From Oligoflexia bacterium (GTDB taxonomy: Bacteria > Bdellovibrionota > UBA1018), in the NCBI GenBank assembly GCA_043732485.1, contig JAYTHP010000190.1, positions 1 through 10,190 of the forward strand: DNA of 10,190 bases, written 5' to 3'. A program made the translations under genes and the position numbers. Position 1 is the stretch's first letter, and the number at the start of each line of letters is the position of its first letter. A model generated the notes under the pieces. It did not search any database. It was not told the DNA's origin and worked only from the letters and a program-made list of their open reading frames with translations. Below are positions 1 through 7,176 of the stretch, piece after piece.

Positions 1-95
1 CCCCTCCTGCGACTGCTCAGTCGTAGGTCAAGCCAGGCGATTGTGCGAGGGGAGAGCAAGCAAGACGAGAGAGCAAAAGAGAGAAAAAAGAAGAG

Positions 96-138
96 AAAAA
101 ACCGGGCGTTATAAAGTCAGCAGGCAGCAACACGCCCG
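96..138 (-). terminator. Possible intrinsic terminator for the minus-strand lipoprotein gene
   Basis: 7-bp inverted repeat CGGGCGT (103-109) / ACGCCCG (132-138) about 25 nt past the stop at 164, followed on the minus strand by T-runs (A-runs at 84-89 and 96-101 on +). The 22-nt loop is atypically long. Confidence 0.35.
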
Positions 139-163
139 TTGCCCGTCCGGCTACTGCCTCATT

Positions 164-1063
164 TTACTGCAGCGGCTTAGGTGGCGCCGGGGGCTGCGGA
201 CTGAGCAAAGGCACCTTTGCGGCCGCGGGGCCACCCGTCTGCGCAGGCGGCGTCCTGACTGCTACTGCTGGCGGAGGAGGAGCAGCTGGAGGGGTTCCGG
301 CGCTGGTGGGGTCCTCAGCTGTCACCGTAAAGGATTGATTTTGTGCAGGTTTATTGCCAGTTTTAATGAACTCTACTGCAGCGTCATCATTAGACTCGCC
401 GCCCGGGTTTCCAGCCGCTTGCGCCTGATCCTTAGGAGGTGGCAGCTCGGAGAGATGATTTTCAAGAGGGCGCCACAAACCAAAGGGGTTGGCGGGGGCC
501 ACTAAATCGAGCGTGCCTTGAGCGCTGATTTCGGTTTTACGGAAGAAAATCCAAGGGCTCCAATCGCGGTAACGCTCCATGGCAAACCTGAGATAGCGGG
601 TGTCTTGGAACTGGGTTAAAAACTCCCGGGCCAGCGGGGCTAAAAATTCAAAGGTTTCAACGGTCTTGCGCTGGCGCTCTTCTAAATAGACTTCATCGCG
701 CAAGTCGAGCTGAAGCCCCAGCAACTTGCCATAAAAGCACCAGTGATAAAGGGACGGATCTTCGTGCACTAGCCTGGCAAGCGCAGCCTTGCGCCTAGCG
801 TAACTCAAGCTCACTTGCTCCATCCGGTGAAAGGGACCATCACACGACAAGAGCACATCATCTAAGGAAGGGGCTTCGGGCCTTAAAAAGAGATTTTGCA
901 AATCCCCCAGCTGGCTGGTCGCCGGGTGAGGGACGCGCACATAGGAAGGGGGCAAGAAACTGGCGGCGCCTTCGGGACGAATCTCACCGGTTTGGCATCC
1001 CATAACGCCACTCCAGAGCAGGACCACTACCAGCAAGCCTTGGCTTAAAGTTTTGTTTTTCAT
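164..1063 (-). CDS. Hypothetical lipoprotein (~299 aa) with helical core and Pro/Ala-rich C-terminal tail
   Basis: Long ORF (track start GTG 1081; ATG at 1063 preferred). N-terminus MKNKTLSQGLLVVVLLWSGVMG-C has basic n-region, hydrophobic h-region and lipobox-like VMGC (Cys23). Two further Cys (LSCD, HWCF) could form a disulfide. No family recognised. Confidence 0.8.
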   Translation of the reverse strand: MKNKTLSQGLLVVVLLWSGVMGCQTGEIRPEGAASFLPPSYVRVPHPATSQLGDLQNLFLRPEAPSLDDVLLSCDGPFHRMEQVSLSYARRKAALARLVHEDPSLYHWCFYGKLLGLQLDLRDEVYLEERQRKTVETFEFLAPLAREFLTQFQDTRYLRFAMERYRDWSPWIFFRKTEISAQGTLDLVAPANPFGLWRPLENHLSELPPPKDQAQAAGNPGGESNDDAAVEFIKTGNKPAQNQSFTVTAEDPTSAGTPPAAPPPPAVAVRTPPAQTGGPAAAKVPLLSPQPPAPPKPLQ

Positions 1064-1183
1064 GAGGATTGCTTCACACACACCTTCGCTTCAATTTCCC
1101 CTCTTTTAAGCATTTGCCGCGTTTGCCTAAAAAAGGAGTTTTTAACGGCTTCTCCACCTACACCCCACTGCTCACGGCGCAAT

Positions 1184-1235
1184 TTCGTAACCTGAATTCG
1201 CAACCTGAATTCGCAACCTGAATTCGCAACCTAAA
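1184..1235. repeat. Tandem repeat, 4 x 13 bp (TTCGYAACCTRAA)
   Basis: Copies: ttcgtaacctgaa 1184-1196, ttcgcaacctgaa 1197-1209, ttcgcaacctgaa 1210-1222, ttcgcaacctaaa 1223-1235. No spacers. Confidence 0.95.
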
Positions 1236-1237
1236 GA

Positions 1238-1263
1238 TGAGTGAGAAAAGGAGCACTCACTCA
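1238..1263. repeat. Perfect 8-bp inverted repeat with 10-nt loop
   Basis: TGAGTGAG (1238-1245) - AAAAGGAGCA - CTCACTCA (1256-1263). Confidence 0.85.
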
Positions 1264-1345
1264 CACTGTTGACTCGGCATAAAATTCCATCGGCAAATTT
1301 TCCCACTTTCCTAAAGAAAATCTTCGCCATCGCCTTAATAAACTA

Positions 1346-1372
1346 TTAAGAGATTCCGCTTGGCTCCGAAGA
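1346..1372 (+). promoter_or_regulatory. Candidate sigma28 (FliA)-type promoter
   Basis: TTAA (1346-1349) - 15 nt - TCCGAAGA (1365-1372) resembles the sigma28 consensus TAAA-N15-GCCGATAA. It lies directly upstream of SD AAGGAG (1381-1386) and ATG 1396. Confidence 0.5.
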
Positions 1373-1395
1373 AGATCAAGAAGGAGCGAGAGCAT

Positions 1396-2730
1396 ATGAC
1401 ACACGGAGCATCTTGGAAAAAAGCTGCAGTAATTTTGACGCTGAGCTTTCCATTAGGGGCAAGCAGTGGGGAGAGCGATCCTACGGCTGCGACGGCCGCA
1501 CCTCAAGCGGCGACCGCAAACTCGCCTGTCAGCGCACCTGATGCGACCACTAGCCTACCCCTACCGTCCAATGCTCCGCTTGCAGCAAGCCCGCAAGACC
1601 CTAAGTTTGCGCCGCCGCTCCCGCCTCCGGGGCCCTTCAGCGCGCCGCCGCTGCCGATGCAGCAAGCCTACTCGACTGCGGCCAATGACGCGCCAGCGCT
1701 TGGCACCCCGCCTACTGAGGAGTCCAAAGAGCAACAGCGTAATTTTTATGAGGTTTTAGACGATGTTTTGGGGGATTTTGAATTTGATCTGAAAAACGGC
1801 AACGTGGTGGGCTTGGCCGAAATAGCCCTACGCAACATCTCCGTCAGCGAAAACGTCCCAGAAAGCTTCAAAAGCCACCTCGAGCCCCTGATTACCGAAA
1901 GAATCCTCAAGACCACAAAAACCCGCATGCTGCAATGCCTGCCTTGTAAGGCCAGAAAAACTAGTCTCCGAGGCGATCAAGTGGTGATCTCTTCGCCACA
2001 AAACTCGCAAGAGGAGCTCAGTCGCATAGCCCACATGGCCGGCATCAGTCATTTTCTAGACCTCGCCTTCTTGTACCAGCCAAGCGGGATTGTCCTATCT
2101 TTTTACATCACCGACGCCGACTCAGGCAGTGTCATTTGGTCCAGGACGTACAACTCCGAGACCTCGCGCGCCTCGGCCTTCAGACGCGGCGTCGATTATA
2201 GCCAAATCGATCAGGCCCGCAGCAAGACGGAATACTCGCCCACCTTGCAAGGTCGGGTGATCTTAAGCTTTATCTCTGAGCCCTCGCTCCCCAGTAAGCA
2301 AAATTGCCTCGGTCTGGGCTATCGCCTGGTGGAGCGCTACGATAACCGCAAAAAGGAAATTGGTTTTGAGGCTAATTACAAGACCGACGCCACCACGATT
2401 GTCAGCTCAGCCAATCAATCAAGCCTGGGTCTTTATAACTTTAAGAGTATCAATCTCACGCTACTCTTCTTGCATACCTGGAACTTTATTGGCGAAGAGG
2501 AAAACTATAACGCTGTTAGGACGGCTTTTACGCTGGGCGTGGGTGGCACCTATGCTTCGGGATTCTTAGGAGGCCTGGTGCGCGGGAGCTTTGAGTTCCG
2601 GCTCGCCAAGCATTACGCCCTTTCCTTGTTAGTCGGCTATCGCCCTCCTGCCGAGGCCTTTGTCGGGACCACCTCGTCTGGCACCGTGCAAGGCTTAGCA
2701 CTCGGCGCAGGAGTGAATTATCTTTTTTAA
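1396..2730 (+). CDS. Exported outer-membrane protein (~444 aa): signal peptide, Pro-rich linker, CsgG/FlgO/TolB-N-like alpha/beta domain, C-terminal beta-barrel
   Basis: SD AAGGAG 9 nt before ATG 1396 (track start TTG 1360). Signal peptide WKKAAVILTLSFPLGA. Middle domain patterns IALRNISV..., LSRIAHMAGISHFLDL...LSFYITDADSGSVIWSRTY are typical of CsgG/FlgO/LpoB-like folds. The last ~160 aa are amphipathic strands ending LGAGVNYLF (terminal-Phe BAM signal). CDS is secure; domain labels are by eye. Confidence 0.75.
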   Translation: MTHGASWKKAAVILTLSFPLGASSGESDPTAATAAPQAATANSPVSAPDATTSLPLPSNAPLAASPQDPKFAPPLPPPGPFSAPPLPMQQAYSTAANDAPALGTPPTEESKEQQRNFYEVLDDVLGDFEFDLKNGNVVGLAEIALRNISVSENVPESFKSHLEPLITERILKTTKTRMLQCLPCKARKTSLRGDQVVISSPQNSQEELSRIAHMAGISHFLDLAFLYQPSGIVLSFYITDADSGSVIWSRTYNSETSRASAFRRGVDYSQIDQARSKTEYSPTLQGRVILSFISEPSLPSKQNCLGLGYRLVERYDNRKKEIGFEANYKTDATTIVSSANQSSLGLYNFKSINLTLLFLHTWNFIGEEENYNAVRTAFTLGVGGTYASGFLGGLVRGSFEFRLAKHYALSLLVGYRPPAEAFVGTTSSGTVQGLALGAGVNYLF

Positions 2731-2773
2731 CCCACTGGAAAACACCTTAAAATCGGGAACGCCTCAAGGCCCA

Positions 2774-2787
2774 GTGTGTGTGTGTGT
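2774..2787. repeat. (GT)7 dinucleotide microsatellite, intergenic
   Basis: gtgtgtgtgtgtgt read directly. Confidence 0.85.
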
Positions 2788-2950
2788 TTGAATGCGAGAG
2801 TGTCCCACAAAAAAGCGTCCCCTGTGACAAGAACGCATCGGAAAGCGCTCTGACAGAGCAGAACAGACGAAGCAAAGTAGGATCGGAGAAAACAGGACCT
2901 TAAAAGCCTGAGTGGTCGGTTTGAAGGAGAGAGAGAAAGAGAGAAAAAAA

Positions 2951-3799
2951 ATGGATTTTAAAAGTCAAACACCCCCCCCGCATCATAGACCGCGCTCGCA
3001 ACTCCGCCCGCAACCCCGCCCGCTTACACTCAGCCTTGCGCTCGCACTCGCACTCGTCAGCCTTCGTTGCGCAGGCGGCGGCGTGAAATCAACTGACACC
3101 TCAGTCCCGATTAACAATCCCTTTGGCAAAACCTTTAACCCGGCCGCCCAAATCAAAGATCCTTTAATTTTACGCAGCCGCCAAGGCGATCGTTCCTGGG
3201 AGTTAGAAATCCCACAAAATCGCAGACAACCCGGAGACTTCGCCATTCCCTTTGCTCCGGCCCAGGCGCAAGGACAACCCCCCAAACCATCGACGTTCTC
3301 CTCAAGCCTAAGTCAATCGGACGGTGCCAGCGGCAATAGCACTGACGGCAGCGCAGCAGAGGGCACCTCCTATCAGGGCGCCCAACCAGGGGTATCGGAC
3401 CGGGAAATTGTGCAAGAATTAGGGCGGGGCTCAGAATCACTCAACATGAGGCGCGCGGCAGTGGAGCAGGAGCTTGATTTAGTGACCAGTGACGACTCTG
3501 ACCCGCGTGTGGGGCAAAAAAGTTACCTGGGCGATCTTGATCACATCAAGCAGCTGTTTCGTGCGCAGCGCTTCGAGGCGGCCCTCATTGAAACCGATTT
3601 GATGATTCGCACCTATCAAAATGACCCAAAACTGCACGAAATGCGCGGCACTTTGCTCAGTCGCTTAGGGAAAATGGAACTCGCCATTCGCTCCTGGCAG
3701 CAATCGCTGCATTTGAATCCCAAAAATGAAGCCCTCAAACAATTTATTCAACGCGCCAATGCTCGCTTGATGAGCCAAAGCACTGTGAGGAATCCATGA
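2951..3799 (+). CDS. Exported (possibly lipo-) protein with C-terminal TPR repeats (~282 aa)
   Basis: ATG 2951 after a purine-rich tract (track start GTG 2912). Hydrophobic LTLSLALALALVSLR-C (Cys40, non-canonical lipobox). C-terminal TPR pattern LFRAQRFEAALIE...PKLHEMRGTLLSRLGKMELAIRSWQQSLHLNPKN. Stop overlaps the next start (ATGA 3796-3799). Confidence 0.8.
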   Translation: MDFKSQTPPPHHRPRSQLRPQPRPLTLSLALALALVSLRCAGGGVKSTDTSVPINNPFGKTFNPAAQIKDPLILRSRQGDRSWELEIPQNRRQPGDFAIPFAPAQAQGQPPKPSTFSSSLSQSDGASGNSTDGSAAEGTSYQGAQPGVSDREIVQELGRGSESLNMRRAAVEQELDLVTSDDSDPRVGQKSYLGDLDHIKQLFRAQRFEAALIETDLMIRTYQNDPKLHEMRGTLLSRLGKMELAIRSWQQSLHLNPKNEALKQFIQRANARLMSQSTVRNP

Positions 3800-6270
3800 A
3801 CCACCAGCACCACCCCCACCAGCCCTCCGGCAAACCTTTCACCGCAAGCGCCCGCCACTTCTTGAGTCTCCTGAGCGCTGCCTACGGCCCTACTTATCTC
3901 CTGCTCCTTGGAGGCAGTCTGTCGCTCTTGTTGCCGCAGGTGACTTGGGCACGCTTTAAGCCAGAAGAGGCGCTCAAGAAGGAATACCAGCTCAAGGTAC
4001 AAAAAATTGTCGAGCCGATCCTCGCCAAATACTGCCCTGACCAGTGTAAGTTGCTGGGGGTGACCATCCAAGTCGATCTCGCCCACCCCGACAGCGTGCA
4101 ACCGGGCTTTGATGACCTCAACGTGCTGGAGAAAACTGAGCTTGAACCCGCAGCCGGGAGCTTGAAGATTCTCATGGACGAAAAACTAGGCCCCAACTCG
4201 CGTACCCGGATCAATGATTTGATCCAAGAGTACTTAGACACCTTCAATTTCCATATCGCCATTGAGAACATCACGCAGCATTTTCCACAAACCCAAGGGA
4301 CGGAAGCAAAAATGCTGGAGATGCGCCAGCGCATCTCCAAGCGCTTCAGCGATGTGATGGAAGAAACCCTGCAGCAGTTTTGTCCCAAGACCTGCTTACT
4401 GGGTGAAGTCGAGCTCCTCACCGAGCGCATCACGGGCGATGAGTTGCAAAACGGTGATCCCAATGAGTTCTACCAGGAAGGTGATTACGCCATCAGAATC
4501 AAAGACTTACGAGCTTCAATCTTGATGGATGACCGTTTGAACCCGCAAGAGCAAGCCAATTTGCTGGAGATCTTCAAGGTCAAGGCTCATGGCTTCAAGC
4601 ACGTCAGCATCAACGCACGCGCGCTTAAGTTTCCCAAGAATGCCTCAAGCCTTGAGGCGGCCAGCGAGCTGGGTGGGGGACAAGGCCAAGTCGGTGAAGG
4701 GCGCGGCGGGCTGAGGGAACAAAACACGGTGAACGGCACGACTGAGAAGAACTTGAACTCCAAGAGTGAGCAAAAATCCGTGAATGAGACCAATCTCTCG
4801 AGCAAAGCGGCGACTGAGAAAAAAGAAAGTCTGCTGAATGACACGAAAACCCAAGAATTCAGTCAAGACACCCGCAAGGAAAAGCTTGAGCGCTATGAGA
4901 AAATCGAGCGTGTTGAAAACGGCGACGCCGTGCAAGCGCAACTCAAGACCTTCCAGTTTTATAGCTTCCTGTTTGCAGCCTCGCTGCTGGCCATGCTCTT
5001 GTTCATCGCGCTGCAAGTCTCAAGCGTCAAAGCCCTCAAAGCGAAGCCTGAGACCACCCCGCTTCCCTATTTCCCGCTGCCTGCTCCCCTCCCTCACGCT
5101 GAGGAGAAGAGCGGTAAGACCAATGAGGCCAAGTCCGGAGCCGAGTCGTCGTCGTCAGCCGCCAGGAATAAGAATCGCCCGCTACTCACCCAGTACGAAG
5201 TGGAACGCTTGTACAACGAGCTGGTCTTGATCTTCTCGGAGCAACCCCGGATCGCCAAACACGTCTTTAGCCGCATTTTAACGGAAGAAGGTATCGAAGT
5301 GACCGCCCAGTACATCGATATCTTTGGGGAAACGATCGTACTCGATCTCTTGCGCGATCCCGGGCTGCAGGCCAATATGAACGAATTAGTGGAGTATTAC
5401 GGTCAACATCCCATGGAGTTAACGGCTGATCAGAAGCTTGAGCTGTTGCGCAAGCTCGAGAACCGCACGGTGGCAAGCAAACTGGCCTTACACCGCGGCC
5501 CGGCCTCCCAGCTGTTTGATTACCTCTCGGAGCTGGACGGTCTGCAGATCTGGGAGCTGATTCGCAGTGAGTCGCTGACCGTGCAATCGATCGTCTTGAC
5601 GCAAGTCGATATGCAAAAGCGCGCGGCGGTGTTTGCCAAGATTGATCCAGAAATGCGCATCCAACTGCTGACCGAACTGACCCGGGTGGATTACTTGCCG
5701 CGCGACTATATCTTTCAAGTGGCCTTGGCCTTGAAGCAAAAGCGCTCTGCCAATCCGAAACTCAACACTGAGGCCTTACCAGGCTCCGAAGTGCTAGTGA
5801 ACTTGCTAGAGAAAACTGGCCATGAGATGCAACGCACCGTGCTGCGTGAGTTGCAGCAATCCAGCCCTGAGAACGCCCAGATGGTGAAGAACAAGCTGCT
5901 CAGCATTGAGACTCTCAAGTACTTGCGCGACGGCCAGCTCAAGGAAGTGGTCTTAAGTCTCAAGCACGATGAGATTGCGCAATTTCTCTCAGGCACCAGC
6001 CCAGAGATGAGCGAGTTGCTATTTAAGAAGCTACCAGAAGACCTGGTGCTGGACTTGCGCGAGATGGTGGAGTCGATCCCGAGCGTTAACCACGAAACCT
6101 ACCTCGCGTTGGAGCGTAAACTACTGAACCGCATGAAAGTCTTGATCCAAGCAGGCCAAATCAACCTGTTTGAGACTAATGACCGGATGTTTGGCGCCGA
6201 CTTTACGCTCTTTAGCCCAGGGATCCCGAGCGGTAGCGGCAACGGGGCGGCGGAGAAAGTGGTATCATGA
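3796..6270 (+). CDS. Membrane-anchored FliG-domain protein (824 aa), probable FliF-like/FliG-like fusion rotor protein
   Basis: N-terminal signal/anchor (YLLLLGGSLSLLLPQVTWA). Two ~116-aa repeats each with CPxxC, ILMD and FP. TM at res ~388-406 (nt 4957-5013). C-terminal ~250 aa aligns by eye with FliG middle and C domains (FDYLSELDGLQIWELIRSE..., PGSEVLVNLLE, NPENA-like SPENAQMVKNKLLSIETL, ERKLLNRMKVLIQAGQINL). Directly upstream of motA/motB. Confidence 0.8.
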   Translation: MNHQHHPHQPSGKPFTASARHFLSLLSAAYGPTYLLLLGGSLSLLLPQVTWARFKPEEALKKEYQLKVQKIVEPILAKYCPDQCKLLGVTIQVDLAHPDSVQPGFDDLNVLEKTELEPAAGSLKILMDEKLGPNSRTRINDLIQEYLDTFNFHIAIENITQHFPQTQGTEAKMLEMRQRISKRFSDVMEETLQQFCPKTCLLGEVELLTERITGDELQNGDPNEFYQEGDYAIRIKDLRASILMDDRLNPQEQANLLEIFKVKAHGFKHVSINARALKFPKNASSLEAASELGGGQGQVGEGRGGLREQNTVNGTTEKNLNSKSEQKSVNETNLSSKAATEKKESLLNDTKTQEFSQDTRKEKLERYEKIERVENGDAVQAQLKTFQFYSFLFAASLLAMLLFIALQVSSVKALKAKPETTPLPYFPLPAPLPHAEEKSGKTNEAKSGAESSSSAARNKNRPLLTQYEVERLYNELVLIFSEQPRIAKHVFSRILTEEGIEVTAQYIDIFGETIVLDLLRDPGLQANMNELVEYYGQHPMELTADQKLELLRKLENRTVASKLALHRGPASQLFDYLSELDGLQIWELIRSESLTVQSIVLTQVDMQKRAAVFAKIDPEMRIQLLTELTRVDYLPRDYIFQVALALKQKRSANPKLNTEALPGSEVLVNLLEKTGHEMQRTVLRELQQSSPENAQMVKNKLLSIETLKYLRDGQLKEVVLSLKHDEIAQFLSGTSPEMSELLFKKLPEDLVLDLREMVESIPSVNHETYLALERKLLNRMKVLIQAGQINLFETNDRMFGADFTLFSPGIPSGSGNGAAEKVVS

Positions 6271-6384
6271 CCCATCTCACCTTATGCCACTCAGGCACAT
6301 TGAGTCGAGCTTTGGGAAGAAACCAGACAAGAACAACAATCTATTAACCTGCAGCAGCGGCACCTTTTGTTGGGAGATTTTCAC

Positions 6385-7176
6385 ATGAACTATTCGTCAC
6401 TCCTTGGGATTATTTGTGGTTTAGCCACCTTTTTTGGCTCCTTGCTCTCTACCGGCTCCAGCATCAGGTTTTTCATCGATCTCCGCGGGATCCTCATCGT
6501 GGTCGGAGGTACACTCTCAGCCGCCAGCATCTCGTTTCCGATTGCCAAGGTGTTAGCCCTCATGAAAGTCTTCTTCCTCAGGGTCTTAGGCCGGCATCAG
6601 ATTGATCGCCAAACCATGATCACCCAGTTCCTGGAAATCAACAAGCGGCTTGCAGCCTCCGACTCAGGAGCGGTAGAAGGCATGCTGCCGCAACTCAACC
6701 ATGAATTCTTCAAGGAGGCTGTGCAACTCGTTCACCAGGGGGTGTTAACGGCCAGTGAGATCCAACGCACGCTTGACACCCGCTTAAAAACCATCGAGGT
6801 GCGCTATTTACAAGAAGCCAACATGTTTCGGGTGATTGGTCGCTTTCCTCCGGCCTTTGGCTTGCTTGCCACCACCTTGGGGATGATCACCTTATTGCAA
6901 AAAATTGGTGAAGCCGATAGTCAAAAAATGATCGGTCCTGCCATGTCTATTGGTTTGATTGGCACGCTGTACGGGATTAGTCTCGCCAACTTGATGCTGA
7001 TCCCCATTGCTGAGAATCTCACCGAGCGCACCCACGAAGAGGTGCGGTTACGTAAAATGATCATTGCAGGCGCCGTCTTACTGAAGAATCAAGCAAGCCC
7101 CCTCTTGCTGCGCGAACACCTCAACTCCTACCTACTCCCAGGCGAGCGCGTGACGCGTCAGAAGGCTGCAGCATGA
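6385..7176 (+). CDS. motA: Flagellar-type stator A subunit MotA/PomA family (263 aa)
   Basis: SD GGGAG (6372-6376) before ATG 6385. Motifs ILIVVGGT (TM2), PAFGLLATTLGMI (TM3), IGPAMSIGLIGTLYG...ANLMLIPIAENL (TM4). ATGA overlap with motB. Confidence 0.95.
   Translation: MNYSSLLGIICGLATFFGSLLSTGSSIRFFIDLRGILIVVGGTLSAASISFPIAKVLALMKVFFLRVLGRHQIDRQTMITQFLEINKRLAASDSGAVEGMLPQLNHEFFKEAVQLVHQGVLTASEIQRTLDTRLKTIEVRYLQEANMFRVIGRFPPAFGLLATTLGMITLLQKIGEADSQKMIGPAMSIGLIGTLYGISLANLMLIPIAENLTERTHEEVRLRKMIIAGAVLLKNQASPLLLREHLNSYLLPGERVTRQKAAA

Noticed and set aside
41..505. 154-aa plus-strand ORF
   Set aside because: Antisense to the lipoprotein gene; Arg-rich low-complexity shadow translation.
1184..1235. 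CRISPR array (also considered for 9810-10190)
   Set aside because: 13-bp units have no spacers; 128-bp units are far too long; no cas genes in the window.
3796..6270. Assigning the plain symbol fliG or fliF
   Set aside because: More than twice the length of FliG, exported N-terminal half and degenerate EHPQ/GG/MFxF motifs; not an ordinary ortholog of either gene.
6271..6384. Sigma54 or sigma28 promoter, or terminator, between the rotor gene and motA
   Set aside because: GGCAC occurs twice but without a correctly spaced TTGC; no convincing sigma28 box or hairpin-U tract.
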